Shown here in pieces: positions 36,601-51,600 of a stretch of 64,000 nucleotides of DNA; positions within the stretch are counted from its first letter, which is position 1, and the number at the start of each line of letters is the position of its first letter. The notes under the pieces are model-generated. The model was not told the origin of the DNA and ran no database searches. It saw only the letters and a program-made list of their open reading frames with translations. Source of the DNA: Phoronis australis (taxonomy: Eukaryota; Animalia; Phoronida); assembly GCA_002633005.1 (NCBI GenBank), contig NMRA01000364.1, positions 382,912 through 446,911 of the forward strand. The letters run 5' to 3'. The position numbers and the translations under genes were made by a program.

Positions 36601-39600
36601 TTTGGGAGTTACGACGTGGGATTAGAGAAAATAAAATAAAATAAAATAGAATAAATATAACACATCCCTACATTAGTGAGTAAACACAAGGAGACAAATA
36701 AGTCGAAGTAATTTAGTTAAATTCTTAAATTCTCCAAAGGAATAATAGCGCTAAATTTTAATGAACAAATTTAAAGTAGCACTTACTTGGTTAGTTTACT
36801 ATTATGATTGCACAGTTCTTTTACTCGCTCCAGGTTTCCAGATTTTGCTGCTTCGTGGACATTGGGTCCACGCATAATTTTCAGCTCTTCATCTTCTTCC
36901 GCTTCTGATTGGTCGGTTCTGGAATCGATCTCTTGTTGCGCCTGAGCTTTCTTGGCAGCAGCTAACCCAGCCTAAAGTACACAGAAAGTGATGATGTAAT
37001 CAAAAGAAGTTGATGAGGAAATTCACTTAATATGCATTGTCATGGAGTTACATTTGCATATTGCATTAGTCATGTAATTACATTTGAGCAAAACAGCATG
37101 GCAAAAAATGTTTTTAATTGGATGGTGGACTTCTTATACAGGCAAAAAGTCAATCAAAGTTTATGAGGGAATATTTTCAACACATGAAATTTATTTCATA
37201 GATATCGCACACTAAAACCAATGAGGAATGCAAAAAAGCCAGAATGCTTGTCAAGTCTTGAAATCTTCTAAAGCTGAAGAAAGCTTTGTCATAATAGCAA
37301 GGAAATTAAGCAAAAAGTGCCCGTGTGTGAAGCATTTTGTGTTGGAAGCAGGGTTGCTAAGTGGGACATCTGCACTTGGTGTTCGTCAAAAGCTACAGAA
37401 CCAAAAGTTCAAACAGATATAAGTTAACTTGTTTTATTCTCGAAGGTAAATGTCATGCTTTGTGCTCCAGGTAATATTTCATACCTGTACACAGCAATAT
37501 TTGAAACCATAATCAAGTGATGACTGATTTAAAAACACAGAAATGTGAATGAACAAGGGTCAAAATATGTTTATACTTTACTTTAACTATATACTATGAG
37601 CACACTAACTGATAATCAGAGTGTCCGTAATTTCCACTAAAATATAAACTGGCAGGCAACAAAAATCATAAATCATAAAATGATACAGAGCATCACACAG
37701 GCATTACACACTACCTCTTCATCCTCAAAGTGAACCTTTTTCTGAAATTTTCACCAAGACATAGACTTAAAAAGTATTGCCAAAAAAGTATCTATACTTC
37801 AGAAAGGCAGCACAGCGAATATCACACGGTGGGTAATTGGTATCAGGGCAAAAGATTTTCATCATCTACACTTCAATAGTGACGCAAACAAAAATAGCAT
37901 ATTAAAGTTATCAGATGTGGCAAAAAATGACCAATCGTAATCCTTAAACGCATTCACTAAGTCCCATGTTAGTGCAAAGTCAAGCTGTAGTTCAAACTTC
38001 AAACTGGAAAAAGTAAGTTCACATGCAATCGATGTACTCTATTCAACTCGCGTTGTTATCATGCGTACATATGATTAACTGTCAAAGGCAAAGTAGTTCT
38101 CAACCATGGTGCTGCATTTGGCTTAACTCAAGTTCAAAGTCTCTGACTCATCACTTCATGTAACCAATACACGAAAATTGCTGGGTGCTTTTTAAATAAA
38201 ACTTACCAGAAACCCAGACATGTAATCGTCCTTCTTTAGACTGCCAGAGTCAGACAATTTGCCATCTCCCTCAGAATCTGACACAGCTGGTTTTTGTTCT
38301 TGTTCAGAATCCGACTTGCCCCTTTCATTTTCCGAGTCCGAAGTGGCGCGCAGGATACCCTTCTTTTTCTCTGGCACTTCAGGATTATCTATTATCGCTG
38401 TTTCTCCTTCAGTCTCTGAGTCGCTCGGTGCTGCCTCACTTTCACTAGCATCAGATTTCACAGAGAACTGTGGTTTGTCTGAGTCAAATTCTGATTTGTC
38501 ATCTGACTTCTCATCTGATTGTTTATCTTCCCGCTCGCCTTTATTGTGCAAAAAACTGACATCTTTCTCAACAGGCTTACTATTGAAAAAGTCATCCTCA
38601 TTTTTTGCTGACTCAGCCTCTGAAGCATTGTCTTTGACCTCAACCTCGTATTTTTTCTCAGGTTCATCAACACTTCGATGAGAAGTGCTCCGACTAGTAC
38701 TCAAATCCGTATCCGTTTCTGTGTCGGTGACGGTATCCGATTCCCGACTTTTGTCCTCGGTCACTGATTTTTTCTCGTCCGCACGGTAACTGTCATTACC
38801 CTGTAGGCTGGTGTTCACTGACTCGTTGCCTTGTGACCTAGCAGTGGATGGTGCTGACCGCGGTGTCATTGAAGCTGAAGTGGCAGTACTGGTGGTGCTA
38901 CGAGCAGACGACATTGAAGTTGAGCTCCTGGGACTGTCGAGCTTATTGCCAGGCTTCGCCTCTTCACTTGCAGCGGGTGATGCACTCCGTGCGGTGCTAC
39001 TGTCGCCATCTGTTAGGCAAAAAGAAAAGTTTCTAATTTACCACAGCATTTACGATAACAATTAATACATATCTCTCTCAGTGTGCATATGTTAATCAGA
39101 GCATTATACACGATTTTAGAAAGGCGAGATTATAGAATGCTTCAGCAGGTTTTAGCTAAACTTCAAGATTCAAATACGAAACAATTTTTTAAAAAATTGT
39201 GTAAATGTATCCAACAACTAAGCCCACAAATAGGTATCTTGTATTATTTAATACGTTAGACTCAGGGAGAAGTCTTGCATAAAATTCTCCCATGTGACAA
39301 ACTTCCAAGTCGTTTACAGAAATATACCAATTGAATGGAGAATCAAGATTTCAATCTACACTTTATCTTATCAACCACTCATTACACATACCTGATGCGA
39401 TATTCCTTTGTGTAACTGGCTTAAGTTCTCTCATAGTTATGCCTTCCCCTTCTCGAGCAGACAACCATTTGTCGCAAGGAAACTCGTAGCTTTGCCGCAA
39501 GATAGGGTCTCGAACAGTCACGCTTCCCAAAAACCAGCCGGATCCTGAAAGCAATTGATGACTGATTGCCTCATATTCAACAGACGTAAAGATTACAGAT

Positions 39601-42600
39601 AAGAGTAAAATACGTCGCTGCATACACAAATAGCCACAACCATGCTGATAGTACTTTACATTTTACTATGTTTCAATCAGCATTGATGGCTCAATTAGAT
39701 ACATTTAGTAAACTCTGCGCATGTGTTCATTCAAAGAAACAAAACTCATCCCACGCCATTAACAGCCACGTTGCATCAGATGGGCACACTGAGTAAACAT
39801 TCGGGTCTGCCCCTGTAACATCATGTAATTGCACATTAAATTAAAGGGACATCATTAGTGAGAAAAGTCGTTTTTTGAGACAAGTCATAACATGGAATAA
39901 AGCTTACAATATCAGCGGCGAGTGCTACACCCCAGGATGCATGGCAGGTTAATTTTGTTTTTAATCGGTGAAAGTCGCCAGCCTCAATTTCAGCAAAATG
40001 ACTGGCAGAAAATGGCAAATATTGGCAGTTTATAATGAAATCAGAAAACTCTGACTACAGATTTTGTAGTTTCGTTGCTCTGGCCAAAGTTAATGACTAA
40101 AAAATGAAGTTTATCTCATCCAACTCAAAAAAGCATTTTTCAGTCACAGTACAAGCCTCTTAGGGACCGTTCACTAATCGCTGTATGCACGAGTGTACAA
40201 AACACCCACTTAATGCGATGCCCCTCCAGATAGAAAAAAGCATACATTAAAAAGCAATCCAAAAGCCCCTCCCACACATTAAAGCAAATAATTTTTGTAA
40301 AAAAAAATGTTTTCATAGAATGAGAAATTAAGGACTTCAGTTATATATCCAGTCAGATTTCGAAGCAGCCATGACAGATGAAATTTAAAAAATAACACAA
40401 GCCACAACACTCACCTATCTCTGTTCTGTGGTGGCCTATTTTGATTTTGTCCAGCTTCCCAAGATGATAGAACGTAACCATGAAGGTGTCCTTTTGTCCT
40501 TTCTGGAATTTGACTTTGTGATTCTTTGATGTGAGCAGCGGGAGTTCTGGAGAGCGGCCTCGTTCACCATACAGGATAAGGAAGATGTCTGCTTTGGTAC
40601 TGGCACCAATACGCGTCCCTGTGCGAACTATGACCTTATAGGTCACCTCTTGACCGTCAGCCACAACTGTCTCCGACTGAAAAGGGAAAAATCGACCACG
40701 TCATGCACAATGGAGTTGCACCCCTGTGAATATTTTTATTGGATAAATAAATTATTCAGGGTCCATATCGTGCAGATGCAAAATATTGTCAATACTTGAT
40801 CAGGAGATAGCTGCTATAATTGTTGAAACTTAAAGCGGTATTTCATTGTTGTTTAACTGTCAATGTAGCATTCTTAACCAAAGTGCTTTGGGGTTTAAAA
40901 ACATTATCACACTCATCGGATCTTCAGTTGTTGCTGAATGGGCCATCAACTAAAGTCACAGGCAATTAAAATGCATTCATGCCCATTTCTGAATTTTAGG
41001 GTTGACCGCCCATCAATCTTTTTTTGAGTCGCTGATGGTTTCGATATTCTAATTAATCACAGAAGTAAGACTCCTATCACAGTAACGTATATTACAAGGC
41101 TAATTTTATGAGTGGCGAAAAACCTAGTCCAATTTTTATTTTTTAGCCAGCTAAACAAGACAAAGTTCAACTTTATAGCTACTAATATCCACAGGTTCAG
41201 AGTCACTGGGATCAAACAAAACCTTACATGGTCATATTGTAGCAGCAGCTCCCTGCCTGTCTGACACCCCGTGTCCTCAACCAATGGGATATCCTCATCG
41301 GTCATCAATTCTTGGTCACCAGCCTCATCACCTACACCAAGAGATTATCATTAGGACATTTAAGCAGCCAAAAGGTTAAGACACATTGTGTGAGAAGCTC
41401 GGAATTCACTATGTTGCAATAGACAAAATTTGTTGGACAAACAAACAACAATGTTCATGATTAATAATCTTCATCTCATCAGTATTTGCTCAAGCTCTCT
41501 GTATCTTTTTCAGTAATTCGCAGCACGTCAATAAAGCAGACGGCATAAGAAAGCTAATGATTAAAATGACAGCTGCTATAAATCGAGACTGTTCTTGTCT
41601 CATCCTCTGGCAAAAATAAAATGACACAGGGTTACTAATCATGAAAAATCGTTGCGTGTTCAACAAATTTTTTCTATGGGAAGGGATGCTGCCAAATTAT
41701 TGCAACAGCGCAATAATCAAGTCAAGAAGAATAATTCCATGGATTCTGGTGGCAGGGATCTTGAACGCTGTCATCAAGGTGAAAGGGTTTCTGCTCAGAA
41801 AATAAGACCAAAGAGCACAGTTGATTCCCGGCCGATTCCCTGGTTCTAGTCTCAAACCAGCTTCAGTGGTGGAGTGATGTGATATTGTTGAGAGAGGGTG
41901 ACCAAAAGAAGTATGGTTTCAAAATAAGTTGAGACACAGACCAGAACCAGCTATGCTTTCTTTAAACTAATAACAAGAGGTTGTTTCTCCATTAACACAA
42001 CCTAAAGAATATTGTATAACATAGCATAACAGGCAAGCTATGCTACTATTGACATCACATTCAACATTGCAAAGAATTACGATACGACCCCAGTTTTAGC
42101 TTGAAATAGGAGTTGGGTTAAACTGAGATTCTTCACAATAATTTCTTGATACACTCTCAAAGACGACACTGTCATTTTTTGACAAATCAAAGGGAGATCA
42201 TAAAGTTTGAATTTAGACAGCCATTGTGAATTGAATAACACAATGTTTAAAAAGACACCAGTAGACTATAGCCACAGCATTACCCATGCTATGAATGGTC
42301 CAAATGAATTTCATATTTTCATTACTAGCTGCAAAGCGGCAGGATTCAATGATGACATAGGACCAGTACTAGTCCCAATTAACTTTTATGCATCATACAT
42401 AATCGAAAAGGTGAAATTATAAATGGAAAATGGGAACTAATTCCTGTCCAACTTGCCTGAAGAGAGATCTACATCCTGCCTAGGGATCCACTTGCGTCTG
42501 GTTGTCTGTGACCTGGGGGGTTTTGACGACCATGGCCGCACGTTGGCACGCTTTTCGTTGCCACCAGTCTCATTGTCACTAGCATCACTGAAATCATTGA

Positions 42601-45600
42601 AGTTTTTGGGCTGGTCCAGTCTTGGCTCTGGCATTGCCCTGGGGGTCCCTAAGTCAACGTCGTCACCCACATAGTAGTCACGTGGCGATGGGTCAGCCGA
42701 CACCCCGTTCATGCTGGGGGTGCCTACTCCGTTCATCCCGGGGGTGCCTGCCCCGTTCATCCCTGGGGTACCTGCCCCACTCATGCTTGGGGTGCCTACA
42801 TCGCGATTGTGATCAACACTCATAGGGGGAGTGCAAACTAAAGGTCCATCACCATAACCCGAGCGAGCTTGGTAACCCGGATGTGGTCCAATACTGGACG
42901 CTGCTCCTACACTAGATGGCGCTTTGCTTCCACGAACGCTAGGCGCTTTGACACTTCCTGGACCCTTAGTAGAATGGGCAGCACTTCTAGGTGTATTATT
43001 TTGTGACACACTTCGAGGGGAGTTGCCCTGAGCCAGACTGCGAGGAGTCGGCGATTCATCGCTCTTCATGGATCGAACGCCAGGAGTGGGCGTTCCGTGT
43101 GGTCTGACCCAGTTGTTGTGCAGTTTGCGCTCCTCACTTGAGTCAACTTTTTGCATCTGTTCCCTGAAATTATTAGGCAAAACACATATGTAACAACAGG
43201 AGTCTAAGAGTGAAATACTAAATTGTAGATAAGTCTCTCAAGACAAAATGAAATCAAACATAAATTTTCAAAGCACAAATACACATGGCTTGGTCCAAGA
43301 GGCACTGTCAGTGGAAGGGTTGGCACTGGACTTGGTTATAGCATTTAAAACTGATAAAAAAATGAAAACAACGTTGTAAAATTTTTAAATGTATCAACCT
43401 TACATAGTTACTTGTCTGACAGTCTTACGATATATTTTCTATCATACAAATCCTCACCAAATCTGCAACATAATCACTTATTACAGATTACGCTTGAGTG
43501 TTATCAGCAATTATATTCAGTCAAATATCTACAAAGTCCTAGGATTAATTCGGCCGGAAGAAAGTAAACATTTTTCAAAAGCAGAAAGCCTCCAGAACTT
43601 GAATTTTGACTTCACAGAATGTGCCATTAATTTGGTCATGTGGCCATGTCTTTTTAGTAAAGTTTAACGAAAAAAAGATGCATTATATAGAAACATCAGC
43701 ATCAATAAAATGACCAAATTTTGTTTCATAAAAATGTTCAAGATGAAATTTCAAAAATGCTATAACATTTCAAAAAATCTTCATTTCGTTTTAGCTTCAT
43801 GTAGGTTTAGATTTTTTGCATAAAAGTAATGGAAATCCTAATTTTTGAGGTCCCTCATGCAAAATTGGAAATTTTTAAAAAAATAGACTAACAGCATTTT
43901 GGAAAACATTGCATAAAGCCCAGTATCCGAAAGTTTCATATGAATCTAATCGGTTATTTCTGAGAAGCCATGTTTCAATCTTAGCCAAATTGTGGGATGC
44001 TACAAAATCTTAAAGTACAACCCAGCAAGTTGAAATATAGTCCACCGTTAACTTTCACAGCGTGCAAGCACTCGTGCTCACGTACCTTAGCCAATGAGGT
44101 ATGTTTGCTTGATCTTGTTCTGGGGCCACATTTCTCGGTGAGCTGCCATTCTGTTTGTGCTCATCAGCCGAGTTGTCGTTGGATACATAAGCACTGTCGT
44201 CACGGCGCTGAGCTAAGTAAGTGTCATCAAACGACTGAAATTGTGAAAGACCACGTCACACTCTTCTGGTGGCACGTGACAATTTCGGTTTCTGCTTCAT
44301 ATTAATAATCCACTTTCCACGTTATAATTATGCTTTTGAAATTTTTGATTGTCGAAACACAGCATCTGAACTCACAGAAATCTACATTTTACTTATTGAA
44401 AAGAGATACCAGACCAACAAATGAGACTGAATTATTTTATTCAACATGAAAAGTTGCAGCCAAAGAAACAATTTCTTGTCATGATCTTTGCATTAACTGT
44501 TCATTCACTTCATATCTAGCCTGATCGTCTCTTCTTGTGGAATTCCTACTATCTTTTCACTTAAACCTACTTTCTGCTCATTTTTAAAACCTTAAAAGGT
44601 CCAATGTATCCCATTTGGTAATTTTGATATCAAAACAATAACTTTGGAATTAAGATGAATATTTACTAATATAAAATGGATTTCTAGGAAAAATAATGAA
44701 TTATTGTTGGAGACTGAAGAAAAGGGGTTAAAATTAACCGGTTGGTCATAATATGTTGAAAGGAATATGTCTGCCAATGGTTGGTCATAATGTGTTGAAA
44801 GGAATATGGCTGTCAATAGTTGATCATAATGTATTGAAAGGAATATGGTTGTCAATGGTTGGTCAAATTGTGTTGAAAGGAATATGGCTGTCAGTGATAC
44901 CACAACTGCACACTAGATGGAATCACTATATACTGGTCAGGGACAATTTAAGTTTTATACCAAACAAAAAGAATGCTTGGCATGCTCTCAAAACAAAAAT
45001 AGTTCAGAAGGTATGAGTAAAAACTCTTATTTCAACTCTATAAGAATATAGAGTAAATATATGAAATATCATAAGATGAACATATATATGCAACAGGGGA
45101 TCAAGCCACAATTATGTGAACAAAGACAATGAAAAGGACAAGCTGTTAGTACTGAGTCATAAAAACATGTGATTGGGGTAGACCAAGACATTAAGGTTGT
45201 TGTAAGGACAAATTTTAAGAGTTTGAAATTAAAGCAACTTAAGGCCAACACTTTTTAAATTGTGCATGAACGTGCAAGAAATGAGCGGTTACTAGTAAAC
45301 TGAGTGTTTTTTCAGATGCTTACTCCATACTCAGTGTCCGAGTACAAACTGACGATTTAGGACAACTGAGCTAGAAAAGCCTTTCGCAAAACTCTGCGTG
45401 GCAAATGACATCTGCACCACAATCACATGTTATTTTCTTGACCTTGCAGCTGTTAGTACTAAGGGACATGACAGGGGCATTTCTATTACTTACATCCTTT
45501 GGGGGCAATTCTGCGGATATCATCTAGAATTGTAGTGAATATCATAAGATAACCAGAAGATGTTGTGGAAAAAGGTTTTGAAATTACGAAACTAGGAAGA

Positions 45601-48600
45601 CAGTATAGGAGAATATATCTGCAAAAAGGATGTCCTCGAGGTACATCCTGCCAGAAGTAGGAATTTCTTCAAATCATAATAAAGGGAATTGTGCTACAAA
45701 ACTGGTAACTAGACGAAGCACCAAATGTGATACTCCTATATATGACAGGGATAATTTTAGGAGCATGACCCTGCATCATTGATGCATAGTTGGTACATAA
45801 TGATTGCAAAACTCAGGCCAAAGCGTGCATTATAACTGTCGCAACTTCACCTGATTTTGTTTCGAACGATACGCATTGTATTCAGAATACAATGCAGAGC
45901 AGGCGACCAAAACAACAATTTTGCGAAGACCAAAACATTACCGTAGAGGCAATCTCTGACCACTGACACAGTTTGAAGAAGTTTGCGATTAGTTTTCTAT
46001 TCACTTTCTTACCTTCTGCTTAATTGGAACTCTTCTGCCATGGAGATCATAAGTGTAACGTGATCCTCTACGTCTGCCCATGGGCCCATTAGCACTGACT
46101 GGTCGGTGAGGTGGATAGGTCTCTACTTCGGCGAATTGTTCTTCATCGTTAGTAACTTCAGGAAGTTTATCAGCCTGGATAAAACAATTCAGTGTAAGAG
46201 CAGATGGCAAAGAACTCAGCTGAAACTACGGCAGACAAGCAACCAATGCAGGGAGCTGAAAGACTATTATTTGGTCATCCTACAGAAGCCACAACTAGCA
46301 AATGGTCACACCAGTGCTCGAAAACTCGAAAATGTTGACTCGAAAATACAAGTAACAGCATCCTAGGATTGGCTGAACTCTTCAAAGCATGGTTTAGTAT
46401 CCATTTAATATTTAGCTGGCAGTCTTAACATACGTTGACTGCCACATTCTATTAGCCAAAAGAACAAGACAAAAACATACAATCACATAAAATGAGAGTG
46501 TTAAAACATACATCAAACAGAATATGCTAAATTCTATCACATTTAAAATAATTAAATCTTACTTGAGCAAAAATGCAGAGTATCTTTGAATACACATAAC
46601 TTTTAGTTACGTCTATAAACTACTTCTAAGCTGTGATGCGCTCACAATTATTTGGCTTAACTTTTATTCCGCAATTGAGAAGTTGGAGCCTGAGACCGAA
46701 TTTCTGTCTCAAGTCTCAAGTCACCTTCCTAAAATGTAAAATGAACCCCAGAAGAAGTTAGTGTGAAATAAGTTGCATTTCGCAAGCAGAAACGAGTCTT
46801 ACTCTGAATCGTGTCTGTGGGGCTGAGGTAATCTTTCTGTTCATTCCTTCCTTTTTATTGGGCATGTCAACATCAAGGGCTTCCTGCAAAACAGATTGTT
46901 AATTAAAATCAGTCATTTTAGTGTCTGGTCAAACAGTTAAAAAATAGCAGCTTACCCAGGTGGGTCATTGTTAATTGATTTTTAAGTGTAGGCTACGTAA
47001 TTAACGGAATAAGTCCTCTTCAACATTGTAACTACTTACCGTAGCACACAATAATTTGGTGGCCACGTTGACCAGTCGATGGGCCTCGTCTTTGGATATG
47101 TTGTGAGGGGGCCGGGACCGAAGTAGTGGGTACCCACCTTTGAACGCCCTGAAATAAAACACACTCAGGGTATTAGAGTTATTTCATTACCATAAAATGA
47201 ACAAAATAATTGCAGTAATATTTGTTGTTATATTTTTCAAAGGTTTCTAACGTCTTTAAGAATGATCATAATTTCTCAGAATCATTTTCTGATGATAGCT
47301 TTGGCATTGATCTTTAAAAATGACATAACATTTAATTGGCATTCAACTTATCTTTCATGAAAAAATGAAAAATTAAAATTTTACTTATCGGTCATATAAT
47401 TATTGTGTACAAAATGGGCGCTATAATCATCATAAACATAAATCATATAATGCATAAACATCATCTTCAATAAAACAGGAAGATGTCACAGTTATTAAAG
47501 TTCAATAAAACTGAAAAACAGACGCTTTAGAAATTTTAGTACATAAAACAGCCAAAAACAGACTTAGTTTGCCAAATAATACCTTAGTAAAAACAACACA
47601 AAATTCAAAGTAATGCAGGCAAGAATGAAAAAAATAATGTGCCTGTCACAGTTTTAAATCTGAAGTTAACAGGAGCTTAAGTCGCTGGAATCAACGTTTT
47701 ATTTCTGTAATGCTATGTAATAGTCAAAGTGCATTTTATACGATTTTTATCAAAAATGCATATGAGAAGTTAACAATTGCTAAAACATGCTTCCTCGCTT
47801 TACAGTAACAATCCAGTAGCTGGACTCACAAACAAAAAACACCAATCAGCAATGAGTCTTCAGACGTGTTTAAAGATTACAGCCGTCAGATTTGTCCAGC
47901 TGTACTTAAGAGCTAGCCACATGTTGGATCTGCAGGCCACAGTGTTTCCTGAGCCCAGGATCATATTAGAACGTAAGAAAACCATTTCCCTACCTTGTAT
48001 ATCTGCATAGGTTGCCAAGTTCCAGTAATTTTATTAGTATCCCTGAACAACCACTTGGACTAATCCTAGCAACACTTCCTAGTTCGTTATAAGTGCCAAG
48101 CACATTGACGATATCTATATTAACTTATAAGTTCCCTGATTTAATGCTTGAGATGGCCTACGAATGAGCGTTCACAAACTAAAGCAAAAAATGCTAACAT
48201 TTTGAGTAACTGAATGTCATTTAAAAATGTACAAAAATGCTTCATTGTGTTTCACAAAAACAAAAATGCTCGCTTCCACCCAGTGTAGTTCAGTTGTCAC
48301 CCCTTTAGAAATCAAGTACTTGAGAGTTGCAGTTCATTTCTGACAAACTTTTTCACACCCTAAGAGTTTCGGAGAGATATAACATGTTTTAGATATAAAC
48401 CATCACCTTTTACTTTTCTTCATGGGTACACCGAAGCCAGACATTTCTCGCTTCAACCTTGACCCCATTCTTGGCGTGTTCTCATAGCACGCCTCAGGCA
48501 GGAATGGATGCTGAAAACAATTGAGAAAAATAAACAACGTGACACATGAAATAATCACACAAAGTCACACAGCAATTTTAACAGCATACGCTCAACTTTC

Positions 48601-51600
48601 TGTTTTTATTCGATAAAACAAATGCTATTCAAAAGACCAAAAAATAACAAGTAAGCATTGTGCACAATTTTGAAGAATTGCTTCAAACTTTTTAAAGTAA
48701 AATAACAAAAATAGTACATTTACATTATTAGGATTTCTTAAAAATCCTTTAAAATTGTCACACACAAACCGCAGGCTATAAAATCCCAATAAACTGAACT
48801 TTAATTTTTTTCCAACCAACCAAGGTAAATCCAGTACCTAGCAAAGCGCAGACGTAAATTGCATAGCTAACTTGAGTGTTCCCATCAGCTTCAGTAGATA
48901 ACACACATTGGAGTTATCAATAGGAGACACAGTCACCATCAAAGTTATCGTAAGGTGGCGCAATATGACCTTCACCATTGTCACAGCAGTGACACCTGCC
49001 GATAACTTTGGTGAACACTGAAGTTGAGCGTTCCCACTGTAGGGAAGTGTCAACGTTTTGCTGTTAATTTAAACTGTTTATTGTGAAGTAAAGTTGAGAT
49101 GTTAACTTCCATCCAAGACCAAATTTAAGCAATCCCACTGACCAATGCTCTCCAAAACACCGAAGTGTGTGAAAGGTGACCAAACAAAAATTGCGCATAA
49201 GCCACAAGCAGAGGTCAGTCCTGTGTTCCTGTCGTATAAAAAACCGGCAACTTCGAAGACGTGACAAGACAAAAAACAAAATCCATGCAGGCACAACAAT
49301 TGGATATCAAGTTCTTCACAATTTCACATGACAAAGGAGTAAACCAACATGAAGCATGATAATTCGAGTCAACTTGACACAGAATGCATCGACGCAGTCA
49401 CTCTGTCGGCAAGCACTGTAAAACCTCACCAATTTCGGACAAGAATGATTGTCAAAATTACCCTTCTCTTTTATTTTTCAAGATCCAAAGCTTTTCAAAA
49501 TATTTTTGATGATAGCTACATATGGTAAAGTATTAATTAAATGCTACATATCTTTTACCAATTAATGAGAAAACAAAAGTTCATTTTAGTTCCAATTCAA
49601 TGCAAGTGAAATTTATGTGTGATGATTTTGTTGTTTCAACCGTGATGACGTCTAAATGCAAACGGGTGTCAAGACAAAGCAATCATCTCAACAAATTTGC
49701 ACAACCCCACCATTGTATTACAAGGCATGCGTAAATTTATTTCAGATTGAACCCCAAGCTCTCTCTGGTCTGACAGTAGTTCTGAAAAATCTAAATAAGG
49801 AAGATGCATAGATCACCGAGCAACACTGCCCCTTTTCTTAGTGTCAACCATGACATATACAGACAATTGTGAAGCGAAAAAGCCAAGTTGGTTCTGGTCT
49901 TTACACTGAGACCTGCACTGCCCGTATGTACTTCAGTCAGGGTTTCATATTTTTTGAAAAGCTACACACAGGAACATTTACCAAAGGTTTGAAATGCCGG
50001 AATTTACAAAGAATCAAGTAAAAAACAAACCAATCACCATTTTTGCTTGTCTCGGTGTATTGTCATTTTTTTGAAAGAGACAACAACTAAAAAAATATCG
50101 CACCAGTGACTCTACTTTAAAAAAAAATAAGATCAGAACCAACAATGCTTTTTGGTACAAAATAATGGCATGCTCTGTACACTTGCAACAGACTTCTAAT
50201 AAATACACTCTGAAGAAACAAAATCAATGTAACAAACTTTGCAGAGACCAATCAACATATTCAATAGTGCATTGAGGGGGTGCTTAGAAGCTAAGCTGAG
50301 TGTTGTTGTGAATTCAGCCCACACACAGGTAAATAATATTTCCCAGAGTACATCAGGGATGGGGCGTTTACCTTCGACTTGTCTCCTTTGCCAGACTGAC
50401 AATACATCAATTTAAGTAAGAATTATGTTTAGGGACAAAACCAATATCTTATGACAACAATTTTAGATCACATAAGCAGAAAGACGTCCTTTGTTTAGCT
50501 TAGTAACAAGGTTTGCATACACTAGTGTTGAAAACCGGTTTTAACCATGCTGCATGCTCGAATGAACACCGAAGAGGAAATTGAAACAAACACAGAGCTT
50601 TATAATTTCAATTGAACTAAACCAACTTGTTGGCTGTTAAAGCCAATCACTTTTACAATTCAGCTCTTATTTATAATCATAACTGGCCATCTAAGAACCA
50701 GATGTTTAAACAGATTGAACTCATCAAAGTCAACACTATTTTCTAGTAACTACATTTAAACTGCAATTTAGTACTATTTTTCAATTAAAAAGTGACAATT
50801 GCTTATCGGAATTGATAAATTGTGTTTCACTTCATTGCTTATAGTACAAGCAGATGAATACCCAGGGGGCGGGGAACACTTGGAATGTTTACATTACAAG
50901 ATGGATACGAATGTAAACCCATCAGCAAGAAGATTTACATCTGGTGCTTATAACAAATTTTGTTTGGAAATAACGGTAATTCTCCACTTTTTTGCACAAA
51001 AATAGCTGCCAAAATTGCTGGTCTGTTCAATTTTCAAGGGCTGATTATTATGCTGGAACTAATGTAAATTTTACCAAATGTTTTAAAAGAAATTTACCCA
51101 ATAGACTTTAATTTTCTTCAACATTATTTTTGTGGAGAAATTCAACAAAATAGTCGATTACATTGGGTGCTAACCTGGTGAAGAACTAGCATAAAATATT
51201 AACAGCTTTGTATCCCTAATGAGCAGCGATTAACGAGAGTAAGACAGGGGCGGTTTTGCTGATCTTGTCACCATGACGACGAGAGATAATACTGAGCAAA
51301 GGACAGGTAAAGTACAAACACAGAGCTCAAACTGAAGATGAATCATGAACAATTTGGCTCCTCAATGAGACAGGTGTACAGACACTGAACAAAAGGAAAA
51401 TGAGTCACTCTCACTGCATAAACTCATCCAGCTAGGCCTGTGGTAATAATGTTTGTTTAGAGGTTGTGACAAATCCCTCGCCTGACTACATTCAAAACAA
51501 TTGTTGCAAAGAGAGTTGATGAGATGGAATGGCTTCTTTTAATAGATTATTAACTCTTGATGACCTGTGATGAAAGTACACAGGCTGTGAGTTATTTACT

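Noticed and set aside
38259-39065. Plus-strand ORFs 38259..38681 and 38811..39065 (also 13748..14161, 42453..42674, 6877..7104)
   Set aside because: They are antisense shadows of real exons or of the LINE ORF.
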